A stretch of DNA of 64,000 nt from Candidatus Limnocylindrales bacterium (lineage in GTDB: Bacteria; Chloroflexota; Limnocylindria; Limnocylindrales; CSP1-4), in NCBI GenBank assembly GCA_038319665.1, contig JBBQDL010000002.1, forward strand, positions 25,289 to 89,288, given 5' to 3'. This document shows, in pieces, positions 34,922 through 43,142 of this stretch. The translations under genes and the position numbers were made by a program. How positions within the stretch are numbered: the stretch's first letter is position 1; the number at the start of each line of letters is the position of its first letter. The notes below the pieces were generated by a model. It had not been told where the DNA came from and ran no database searches. It was given only the letters and a program-made list of their open reading frames with translations.

Positions 34922-35689
34922 ATGGACGAGATGACGCCGAAACTGCGCCGGGCGGGGCGGATGTGGGTGACCCCGAAGGCCGAGCAGATGATGGAAGGGG
35001 CCGCGGCGCCGGCGACCGAAGACGAGAAGCTCCTGGAGCGGCCGAGGATCGATTTCCTCGAGACCGACCCGTGGCGGACGCTGCGGATCCTGTCCGAGTT
35101 CGTCGAGGGCTTCGATGCGATGGCCAAGGTGGGCCCGGCCATCACGGTTTTCGGGTCGGCCCGGACGACGGTCGACAGCCCGTTCTACGCGCTGGCTCGG
35201 ACGATCGGGCGGCGGCTCGCCGAAGCCGGCTACGCCGTCATCACCGGCGGCGGTCCCGGCGCGATGGAGGCGGCCAACCTTGGCTGCCGCGAGGGTGGGG
35301 GACTCTCGGTCGGCTGCAACATCGAGTTGCCACACGAGCAGGGGATGAACCCGTACGTCGACCTGGGCGTGGAATTCCGCTACTTCTTCGCGCGCAAGGT
35401 GATGTTCGTCAAGTACGCCGACGGGTTCGTCATCCTGCCCGGCGGGATCGGCACCCTCGACGAGCTGTTCGAGTCGCTCACGCTCATCCAGACCGGCAAG
35501 GTCCGCCACTTCCCGGTCGTCCTTGTCGGTCGCGAATACTGGGCGGGTCTGCTCGACTGGATGCGCGACACGATGCTGACCCAGGGAGCCATCGGCGAGT
35601 CCGACCTCGACCTGTTCCACCTGACCGATGATGCCGACGAGGTGATCGAGCTCATCCGCACGCATCGTGCCGAGGGCGACGTCAGCTAG
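34922..35689 (+). CDS. LOG-family (TIGR00730) nucleotide phosphoribohydrolase
   Basis: 'VITGGGPGAMEAAN' and 'LPGGIGTLDELFE' motifs. Confidence 0.88.
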   Translation: MDEMTPKLRRAGRMWVTPKAEQMMEGAAAPATEDEKLLERPRIDFLETDPWRTLRILSEFVEGFDAMAKVGPAITVFGSARTTVDSPFYALARTIGRRLAEAGYAVITGGGPGAMEAANLGCREGGGLSVGCNIELPHEQGMNPYVDLGVEFRYFFARKVMFVKYADGFVILPGGIGTLDELFESLTLIQTGKVRHFPVVLVGREYWAGLLDWMRDTMLTQGAIGESDLDLFHLTDDADEVIELIRTHRAEGDVS

Positions 35690-36174
35690 CCCGCCTCGAT
35701 CGGGAGCGCGATCAGGATCCGGCCGTCCTCGATCCGCAACGGGTAGTAGCGCAGCCGCCGCACGCGGGTCAGTCGCCGTGCCTCGGCCTTCTTGCCCGGT
35801 GGATCGATCTTGGCGTCTCGGCCAGCCGGGGACCAGGTCGGGTGATAGACGCCGTCGGCATCGAGCCCGCCGGTAGTCGGCATCCGCACTGTCTCGCCGG
35901 TGCACAGGTCGAACCGGCCCTCGTGGAGCGGGCAGGCGACGACGCAGCCGTCGAGCTCGCCGATCGAGAGCGGTGCGCTCATGTGCGGACAGCGATCGTC
36001 GGTGGCGACGATCCCCTCGGGCGTGTGGGCCAGCAGGAAGTCGTAATCGCCGCGGCTGACGCGCCGAAGCGCTCCCGCCGGCAGCTCACGCACGTCGAGG
36101 ACCACTTCGAAGGGTGCCTCGAGGGTGCCGGGCGTCTGGAGATGCGCGGGGAACCGGGCAGGGACAGGATCCAT
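35686..36174 (-). CDS. Rieske [2Fe-2S] ferredoxin-like protein
   Basis: 'CPHMSAPL...CPLHEGRF'. Overlaps the LOG gene stop by 4 nt (convergent). Confidence 0.8.
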   Translation of the reverse strand: MDPVPARFPAHLQTPGTLEAPFEVVLDVRELPAGALRRVSRGDYDFLLAHTPEGIVATDDRCPHMSAPLSIGELDGCVVACPLHEGRFDLCTGETVRMPTTGGLDADGVYHPTWSPAGRDAKIDPPGKKAEARRLTRVRRLRYYPLRIEDGRILIALPIEAG

Positions 36175-36257
36175 GGCAGCCCATCGTACCGGCTCGTGGA
36201 CGAACGACGGCCCCGGTGGGGTCCACCGGGGCCGTCGAGCGAGAGGAGGAGCGAGGG

Positions 36258-37985
36258 TCAGTCCCCGGCTGCCGTGTTGATGGACACCGACTCGGGCTTG
36301 CCTGACGAAATGCCAGCCCCGACGGCAGTCCGCGTCGGGACTGGCGCCTCGTTCGACGTCCGGAGCGGGATCTCCTTGATCGCGAGGGCAGCCAGTCCGG
36401 CCCCGATCGATCCGACCACGCCCAGCCAGAATGCCTGCGCGGTGGCGAGGCTGAACGCCCCGTGGACCCCCTCGACCATGGCGCCGATGAACGGCTGGAC
36501 CACTGCCTGGGCCTGTGCTGGAATGGCGGCCAGGATGGCCGCGCCCAGGTCACCGACCCCGGTCAGAGAGCTGAAGTCGAACGAGCCGCTGCTGCTCGCC
36601 TGCTTGAACCCGTCGAGGACCTGCTGCGGCACGCCCGCGGCGCTCATCTGGGGGATGAGGTTGTCCTGGAAGGACGTCGCGAAGATCGTGCCCACGAACG
36701 CGAGCGCGATGGTGCCGCCGATCTGGCGGAAGAACGTCAGGTTCGACGTCGCCACGCCGAGCTGCTTGAACGGCACCGCGTTCTGGATGACGATCGTCGG
36801 CACCGAGAACGTCGTCCCGACGCCGAGGCCGGCGATCAACATCCACAGCCAGACGACCGGCACAGGTGTGTCCTTGGTGAGCTGGGTCATCAGCACGACC
36901 GCAAAGCCCATGACGGCGACCGAGCCGACGATCAGCCACTTGTAGTGGCCGGTCCTCGACACGACGAGGCCGGAGACGATCGAGCTGGCGATGAGACCGA
37001 CCATCAGCGGCAGTAGCGCCAGGCCGGAGTTGGTCGGCGAGAAGCCCTCGACCACCTGGAACCAGCGCGGCAGGAAGACGATCGCGCCGAAGAACGCGAA
37101 GGCGGCGAAGAACACCGAGACCATGGTGGCCGAGTATGTCCGGACCTTCCACAGATCGAGCGGGATGATCGGCTCCTTGGCGCGCGACTCGGCAAAGCTG
37201 AACAGCAGCGTCCCGATGACGCCGATGAGGATGAACCCGCCAACGTTCGGATCGGTCCAGTCGCCGGACTGCTTGAACGTCAGGCCGAGCAGCAGGAACG
37301 CCATCGCGACCGTGAAGATCGCACCGCCGATGATGTCGAAGTTGCGGGTCGCCGACGCCGTCTTGACCGTCGGCAGGAGCCGCTGGATGACGATCAGCGC
37401 GACGATCCCGATCGGGACATTGACGTAGAAGATCCAGTGCCAGCCGACGTTCTCGGTCAGGAACCCGCCGATGAGCGGGCCGGCGACGAACGCGATCCCG
37501 AACACGGCCCCGAACAGGCCCTGGTACTTGCCGCGCTCCTTCGGGGTGAACAGGTCACCGATGACCGCCAGCGCTACCGGGAACAACGACCCGGCGCCGA
37601 TGCCCTGGATGCCTCGGAAGAGGATGAGCATCCCCATGTTCTGGCTCAGGCCGGAGAGAGCGGAGCCGACGAGGAAGATCACGATGCCGATCATGAAGAT
37701 GGGCTTGCGGCCGTAGATGTCCGAGAGCTTGCCCCAGAACGGGACGCTGATCGTGCTGGTGAGCAGGTAGATCGTGATGGCCCAGACGTAGTAGTCGTTG
37801 CCGGACAGCTGGGTCACGATGGTCGGCAGGGCGGGCCCGACGATCGTCTGGTCCAGGGCCCCGAGGAACAGGCCGAGCATGACCGCGAAGAGGATCTCCA
37901 TCTTCTCGCGCTGGCTCAGACCGAGTGCGGGATCCTCCTCGAGCGAGGGGGTGTGTGAGCCGGCATCGGCCGGGAATGCTTCCAT
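36258..37985 (-). CDS. MFS transporter, DHA2 (EmrB/QacA, 14-TMS) family
   Basis: 'LGALDQTIVGPALPTI', 'WGKLSDIYGRKP', many TM segments. Confidence 0.88.
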   Translation of the reverse strand: MEAFPADAGSHTPSLEEDPALGLSQREKMEILFAVMLGLFLGALDQTIVGPALPTIVTQLSGNDYYVWAITIYLLTSTISVPFWGKLSDIYGRKPIFMIGIVIFLVGSALSGLSQNMGMLILFRGIQGIGAGSLFPVALAVIGDLFTPKERGKYQGLFGAVFGIAFVAGPLIGGFLTENVGWHWIFYVNVPIGIVALIVIQRLLPTVKTASATRNFDIIGGAIFTVAMAFLLLGLTFKQSGDWTDPNVGGFILIGVIGTLLFSFAESRAKEPIIPLDLWKVRTYSATMVSVFFAAFAFFGAIVFLPRWFQVVEGFSPTNSGLALLPLMVGLIASSIVSGLVVSRTGHYKWLIVGSVAVMGFAVVLMTQLTKDTPVPVVWLWMLIAGLGVGTTFSVPTIVIQNAVPFKQLGVATSNLTFFRQIGGTIALAFVGTIFATSFQDNLIPQMSAAGVPQQVLDGFKQASSSGSFDFSSLTGVGDLGAAILAAIPAQAQAVVQPFIGAMVEGVHGAFSLATAQAFWLGVVGSIGAGLAALAIKEIPLRTSNEAPVPTRTAVGAGISSGKPESVSINTAAGD

Positions 37986-37991
37986 GAGTGT

Positions 37992-38522
37992 TCAGTCCCT
38001 CCCTTGGGATACGTGCGCGTGGTGGTGGGCCTCCGACCCGGGGCCGGTCGATGTCGCGGCGACCGCGTTGCGCAGGTCGACCATGGCCGAGGCCACGCCG
38101 GCGAGCTGGATGGGGTCGAGCTGGTCGAGGACTCGACGGAGGATCTGCTCGCGGACCGTTTCGATCTCATCGAGCATCTGGACACCCGCAGGCGTCAGGC
38201 GGACCATGACGACCCGTCGATCGGCCGGGACCCGGATCCGTTCGACGAACCCACGCTCCTCGACCCGGTCGATGAGACCGGTGGCATTGGAGAGCGAGAC
38301 ATCGAGCATGTCCGCGAGACGGCTCATCGCCATCTCGCCGTGGCTTTCGACGAGGTGGAGCACGTGCAGCTGCGCCATGCTGATGCCCTGGCGGAGAAGC
38401 CGCTCGCTGCCGAGACACTTCAACTCGCCCATCGACACCCGGAAATCGGCGATGATCGCGGCCTTGGCCTCGATCTGCCGCGGGGTCTGAGCGGGCGGCG
38501 CCCCTGCCGTGCTTCGTATCAT
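37992..38522 (-). CDS. MarR-family transcriptional regulator
   Basis: 'MAQLHVLHLVESHGEMAMSRLADMLDVSLSNATGLIDRVEERGFVERIRVPADRRVV'. 6 nt upstream of the MFS gene. Confidence 0.85.
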   Translation of the reverse strand: MIRSTAGAPPAQTPRQIEAKAAIIADFRVSMGELKCLGSERLLRQGISMAQLHVLHLVESHGEMAMSRLADMLDVSLSNATGLIDRVEERGFVERIRVPADRRVVMVRLTPAGVQMLDEIETVREQILRRVLDQLDPIQLAGVASAMVDLRNAVAATSTGPGSEAHHHAHVSQGRD

Positions 38523-38529
38523 GTGAACT

Positions 38530-38557
38530 ATCATACGGCAGCAAACAATCATGTCAA
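38530..38557 (-). promoter_or_regulatory. Near-consensus sigma70 promoter giving a leaderless marR-MFS transcript
   Basis: Minus strand reads TTGACA(38557-38552)-16 nt-TATGAT(38535-38530)-7 nt-ATG(38522). Confidence 0.5.
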
Positions 38558-38590
38558 CATGGAGCACCGAATCATAACCAAAGGAGTCCG

Positions 38591-39568
38591 ATGCGCTTCG
38601 CGCTGATGATCGAATCGCAACAGGGCCTGAGCTACGGCGACCACGTGGCGATCGCCAAGCGCGCCGAGGCGAACGGCCTCGAGACCCTCTTCCGCTCGGA
38701 TCACTACGCGAGCTTCCCAGGCCCGGGCGACCGACCGACCACCGACGCCTGGACGATCCTCGCGGGCCTCGCGCGCGATACCGATCGGATCGGCCTGGGC
38801 GTGCTCGTCTCGCCAGTGACCTTCCGCCACCCGGGCGGTCTTGCCAAGGTCGTGACGACCGTCGATGAGATGAGCGGTGGGCGGATCGAGGTCGGTGTCG
38901 GGGCGGGTTGGAACGAGATCGAGCATCGTCAGCTCGGCTTGGCGTTCCCGCCGATCAAGGAGCGCGCGGACCTCATGGAGGATGAGCTCGCGATCCTGCA
39001 CGGCCTGTGGGGTGAGCCCGACGGCTGGTCGTATGACGGCCACCAGGTGACGATCCGCGATGCGTCGTTCCACCCCAAACCGGTCGACATCCCCGGCCGG
39101 CCTCGCACGCCCCTGGGCGGGGCGCGCCCGCGATTGATCGTCGGTGGTCAGGGCTCGCCGCGCTCTTATCGGATCGCGGCCCGCTATGCGGACGAATTCA
39201 ACCTGAGCTCGGCGGCGCCGGACACCGCCCGGAAGGCGTTCGCCGCCGTCGATGCCGCATGCGAGGCGATCGGGCGCGATCCGGCGACCGTCGCCCATTC
39301 GGCGATGGCCGGGGTGCTCATCGGACGCGACGAGGGCGAGATGGCGGACCGGCTCGGGGCGGCCGCCGAGGCATTCGGCGCCGAGGATGACGGGACGTGG
39401 CTCGAGGAGCGACTCGAGCGCTGGATCACCGGTACCCCGGAGCAGGCCCGCGATGGCGTCCGGCGCTTCGCTGCGGCCGGCGTCGAGCGGATCATGCTCC
39501 AGGACTTCCTGCCGTGGGACCTCGACATGATCGACGCGATCGGCGAGGTCCTCGTCGGGCAGGTCTGA
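38591..39568 (+). CDS. Luciferase-like (LLM-class, probably F420-dependent) oxidoreductase
   Basis: 'LFRSDHY', 'LGVLVSPVTFRHPGGLAK...MSGGRIEVGVGAGW'. RBS AAAGGAG. Confidence 0.85.
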   Translation: MRFALMIESQQGLSYGDHVAIAKRAEANGLETLFRSDHYASFPGPGDRPTTDAWTILAGLARDTDRIGLGVLVSPVTFRHPGGLAKVVTTVDEMSGGRIEVGVGAGWNEIEHRQLGLAFPPIKERADLMEDELAILHGLWGEPDGWSYDGHQVTIRDASFHPKPVDIPGRPRTPLGGARPRLIVGGQGSPRSYRIAARYADEFNLSSAAPDTARKAFAAVDAACEAIGRDPATVAHSAMAGVLIGRDEGEMADRLGAAAEAFGAEDDGTWLEERLERWITGTPEQARDGVRRFAAAGVERIMLQDFLPWDLDMIDAIGEVLVGQV

Positions 39569-39571
39569 CGG

Positions 39572-40804
39572 TCAGCCGGCGGGGGCGGCTGGGCCGTCGT
39601 CGGCCTGGGTCGCATCGGCCGCTTCGGCTGCGGCGAGATAGACCGGCTCGTCGCGTCGGATCGGGTCGGGGTTCGTGCCACGCGCCCGGGCGAGCCGCTC
39701 CGTCAGGAGCTGGAGCGGGGTCGCCGTCCCGAGCAGGGCCGCGACGGGCGGAGCGATCCCCGGCGCCTCGGGGACGACCAGGCGCCCGGCCGGTGTCAGG
39801 CTCGGATCCAGTGCGCGGTCCACGTCGGCCGAGACGATCGCGGCAGCGCGCAGCCCGAGGACCCGAGCCGCGGCGAGTGCCTGGTTCGCTCGTGTCACGC
39901 GTTCGGACCGCCGGTCGCGATCGGTCAGGACCAGGACGAGGCCGGTCTCCTGGCCGGTCGCGGGCAGATGGCCGTGGAGGAACGTCTCGAGGTCTCGATA
40001 GGCCGACGGCAGCCACGAGCCTTCCTCGACCTTGAGGACGAGCTCGCGACCCGCTGGCCGGTCCGCCCCAGACGCGATCACCAGGAGGGTCCTCGCGTCG
40101 GCGAGGCTCGCGGCGATCCGTTCCGCGGCGGCTTCGTCACGTGCCCCGGCGGCGAGGAGGGCCTCGGCAGTGTCGGCGTCCACCGGCCGTCCCGATAGGT
40201 GCGCGCCCACCGCCGCCGCGGCGACGATCGGGCTGAGGTAGCCGACCGTGTGGCACCAGCCCTGGTCGAGCTCTTCGGTCTCGACCACGATGTCGGCGAG
40301 TGCGCCGGCCGGCGATCGTCCGCTGACCGTGATCACCGCAGTCGGCCGGCCGGCATCGCTTGCCGCCCGGAGTGCCGCGTTGGTGGCTCCCGTCGCACCC
40401 TCGTGCGAGACGCCGATGACGAGGCCGCGGGCGGGCGGCGCGAGCGACAGCTCGAACGCCTGCTCCGCGCCCACCGTCGCGCCGGCCAGCCCGACCTCGA
40501 CGGCGGCCTCGCGCAGGATCTCGGCGGCGGCCAGCGCCCCGTGCTCGGAGGTCCCGCAGCCGGTGATGATGACCGGATCGCCGGCTGCGAGCGTGGCACG
40601 GACGGCCTCGGCGAGGTCCGACGCGGAACCGCCGGCGGCGGAGAGCCGGCCCAGCAGCCGGTGGGCCAGGGCCGGCTCGGCCGCGATCATCTCGGTCATG
40701 TGATACGGCGGCCCGCGGCGTAGCGATGGGGTCGGGGCGTAGTCCCACGGCTCGGGTGGTCCGGCGAGCGGGGCGGTCGGATCGAAGGCGGCTTCGGCGG
40801 TCAT
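39572..40804 (-). CDS. Double-SIS-domain sugar-phosphate isomerase/aminotransferase-like protein (GlmS C-terminal / FrlB-like)
   Basis: 'VIITGCGTSEHGALAAAEIL', 'VIGVSHEGATGATNAAL'. ATG 40804 follows AGGAG. Confidence 0.8.
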   Translation of the reverse strand: MTAEAAFDPTAPLAGPPEPWDYAPTPSLRRGPPYHMTEMIAAEPALAHRLLGRLSAAGGSASDLAEAVRATLAAGDPVIITGCGTSEHGALAAAEILREAAVEVGLAGATVGAEQAFELSLAPPARGLVIGVSHEGATGATNAALRAASDAGRPTAVITVSGRSPAGALADIVVETEELDQGWCHTVGYLSPIVAAAAVGAHLSGRPVDADTAEALLAAGARDEAAAERIAASLADARTLLVIASGADRPAGRELVLKVEEGSWLPSAYRDLETFLHGHLPATGQETGLVLVLTDRDRRSERVTRANQALAAARVLGLRAAAIVSADVDRALDPSLTPAGRLVVPEAPGIAPPVAALLGTATPLQLLTERLARARGTNPDPIRRDEPVYLAAAEAADATQADDGPAAPAG

Positions 40805-40962
40805 GGTCGGCTCCTGCGTCGAGGCTCCGAGGATAGGCGTCGCAGGACGGTACGGGTCGAGCGGCGCGTGCCGCGCGACACGGCGGCCGCCACGCCAAGG
40901 CGTCACCATTGGATGCCCGTCGCCGGTCAGGTTCGATGGCGACACGTATCCGGGAGTGACGC

Positions 40963-41844
40963 ATGCAGGTCGGGTTGATGGCGCCGCAGGGATGGAAGGG
41001 CGAATACGACGGCTGGGAGGCGGCCGATGCCTGGGCGCGGACGATCGAGCTTTCGCAGCAGGCGGAAGCGCTCGGGTTCGAGGCGCTGTGGGTCTTCGAT
41101 CATTTCCACACTGTCCCGGCGCCGTCCGACGAGATCACCTTCGAATCCTTCTCAGTCCTGAGTGCACTCGCGATGGCGACCCAGCGTGTCCGGCTCGGCC
41201 ACATGGTCATCTGTGCCGGGTTCCGCAACCCCGCGCTCACGGCCAAGATGGCGTCGACCATCGACGTGATCAGCGGCGGTCGGTTCGAGCTGGCCGTCGG
41301 CGCCGGCTGGAAGGAGGAGGAGTGGCGGGCCTACGGCTACGGCTTCCCGACACTCGCCGAGCGGATGGGCGCGCTGGGCGATCAACTCGAGGTCATCCGG
41401 GCGATGTTCGCGCCGGGTCGGGCGAGCTATGAGGGCCGCTACGCCCACGTCCGTGCGGCGATCAACATCCCGAAGGGGCGGCAGGCGCACATCCCGATCA
41501 TCGTCGGCGGCAACGGGGCGCGGGTCACGGCGGGCTATGCGGTCCGCTACGCGGACGAGCTCAACTACGTCTTCCTGCCGGCCGACGAGATCGCCGAGCG
41601 GATGCGGTCGGTCCGGGCCCGGTGCGAGGCGGAGGGTCGCGATCCGGCCACGCTCCGGTTCTCGCTGTACTGCCGCGACGAGGAGATGCGCCAGGCGGGT
41701 CAGGCCCGGATCGACACGCTGGCCGGGTTCGCGGCGATCGGCCTGGATCGGATCGTCTGTTTCCCGACCCGTTGGTCGCCGACGCTCGAGGCGCAGGCGG
41801 CCTTCGCCGAGGATTGCCGCGCGGCAGGGCTGCTCGCGGGCTAG
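40963..41844 (+). CDS. Luciferase-like (LLM-class, probably F420-dependent) oxidoreductase
   Basis: 'LWVFDHFH', 'LGHMVICAGFRNPALTAKMASTIDVISGGRFELAVGAGW'. Confidence 0.85.
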   Translation: MQVGLMAPQGWKGEYDGWEAADAWARTIELSQQAEALGFEALWVFDHFHTVPAPSDEITFESFSVLSALAMATQRVRLGHMVICAGFRNPALTAKMASTIDVISGGRFELAVGAGWKEEEWRAYGYGFPTLAERMGALGDQLEVIRAMFAPGRASYEGRYAHVRAAINIPKGRQAHIPIIVGGNGARVTAGYAVRYADELNYVFLPADEIAERMRSVRARCEAEGRDPATLRFSLYCRDEEMRQAGQARIDTLAGFAAIGLDRIVCFPTRWSPTLEAQAAFAEDCRAAGLLAG

Positions 41845-41866
41845 TTAAGGCGCTGAATGGCGACGC

Positions 41867-42092
41867 CGTTGACCCCGGGTCAACGAATGCAACCCGAGTC
41901 CCCCTGATGCGGCCGCCGATCCGTCTTCGCGGTGACCGCCGGGCAACAAATCGACTCCGAAGGTGCCGATCAGCCCCCGAGCGGCGGGATCGGCGACCCT
42001 GGGTCGCCAAACCGACCTGGATCACGCTCGATCGGTGGGATCCTGGCGCCCTGGGGCGCGATAAGGTCGGAATCGTTGACCGCGGGTCGACG
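41867..42092. repeat. Three related GACC-N3-GGTC palindromes in a convergent intergenic spacer
   Basis: P1 41867-41885 CGTTGACCCCGGGTCAACG (perfect 9+1+9). P2 41992-42008 GGCGACCCTGGGTCGCC (perfect 8+1+8). P3 42074-42092 CGTTGACCGCGGGTCGACG (17/19 identical to P1). Confidence 0.8.
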
Positions 42093-42119
42093 GGCTGTGC
42101 CGTGGGCAGCGCCCGTTTC

Positions 42120-42554
42120 CTATTTCGGCCGGCCGATCCGACCCACGCGACGGAGCGGCGCGTACCGGAACCAGGCTCGCCCGACGAGCAACTCCACCGG
42201 CACGGGGCCATATGACCGTGAATCGATCGGCTCGCCGTAGCCGAGCGCGGCAGCCGCTTCGGTGGTGGCGTCACTCAGGAGCCAGGCTTCGTCATCGGCG
42301 AGCTCGAGGTAACCCTGCGCGAAGGCGACCCGATCGCCGGGGCCCGCTGCCACGCGCTTGACGGCGAGCGAGCCGCCGTCGGGCTCGCGGAAGACGACCA
42401 CCGAACCGCGGCGCGGCCAGCGGACGATCGTCGGATCGACGAGTAGCCAGTCCGCGGGCTCGATGGCCGGCGCCATGCTGGCCTCGACCACGGCGACTCG
42501 CCATGGACCCCGGACCCGCCGAAGCCCCGTCGATCGACGGGGCTTCTCGGGCAT
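42120..42554 (-). CDS. sodX: S26-type signal-peptidase-like Ni-SOD maturation protease
   Basis: 'VVEASMAPAIEPADWLLVD...GSVVVFREPDGGSLAVKRVAAGPGDRV'. 20 nt downstream of sodN. Confidence 0.8.
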   Translation of the reverse strand: MPEKPRRSTGLRRVRGPWRVAVVEASMAPAIEPADWLLVDPTIVRWPRRGSVVVFREPDGGSLAVKRVAAGPGDRVAFAQGYLELADDEAWLLSDATTEAAAALGYGEPIDSRSYGPVPVELLVGRAWFRYAPLRRVGRIGRPK

Positions 42555-42574
42555 GCGGCGCGGGGCGGGAAAGG

Positions 42575-43006
42575 TCAGGCTGGCCGGCCGGCGACCCGCG
42601 TCTTCTCCTCGCCGCCGGTCGCCTTCCAGGCAGCGTCGATGTCGTTGATCGCGTCGAGCAGCTTCTGGCCGTCGGCGGGATCGACCGACGCCTTCACCTT
42701 CGAGGCGGCCTTCGTGGCATTCCAGAACAGCTCGTGCAGGTTCGGGACCTTCTCGATGTGCTCCGGCTTGAAATAGTCGTGCCACAGGACGTCGAGGTGA
42801 TGCTTGACGAGCTCGGCTCGCTCCTCCTTGATCCCGATCGCCCGGGCGCGGAAGGTCTCATCCGCGTTGGCCTGGTACTTCTCCATGATGCGGAAGCACG
42901 ATTCGGCCTCGATCCGGGCCTGCTCGGGGTCATAGACGCCGCACGGCAGGTCGCAATGTGCGCGGACGGTGGTGGTCGGCGCAAGCCATCGAATCAGTCG
43001 ATCCAT
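42575..43006 (-). CDS. sodN: Nickel-containing superoxide dismutase precursor
   Basis: Propeptide then Ni-hook 'HCDLPCGVYDP'. RBS GAAGGAG. Confidence 0.95.
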   Translation of the reverse strand: MDRLIRWLAPTTTVRAHCDLPCGVYDPEQARIEAESCFRIMEKYQANADETFRARAIGIKEERAELVKHHLDVLWHDYFKPEHIEKVPNLHELFWNATKAASKVKASVDPADGQKLLDAINDIDAAWKATGGEEKTRVAGRPA

Positions 43007-43142
43007 CGGGGACTCCTTCGAACTGGGTCTGGGGACACACCATACTGGCCGGGGGAGTGCAACGAAGTGTCGGAGCCGCGCCGGGACGTGTCAAACGCGC
43101 GGTTGGCACGGTGGCCGCAACGGGCCGGGTATCATCGAGCGG

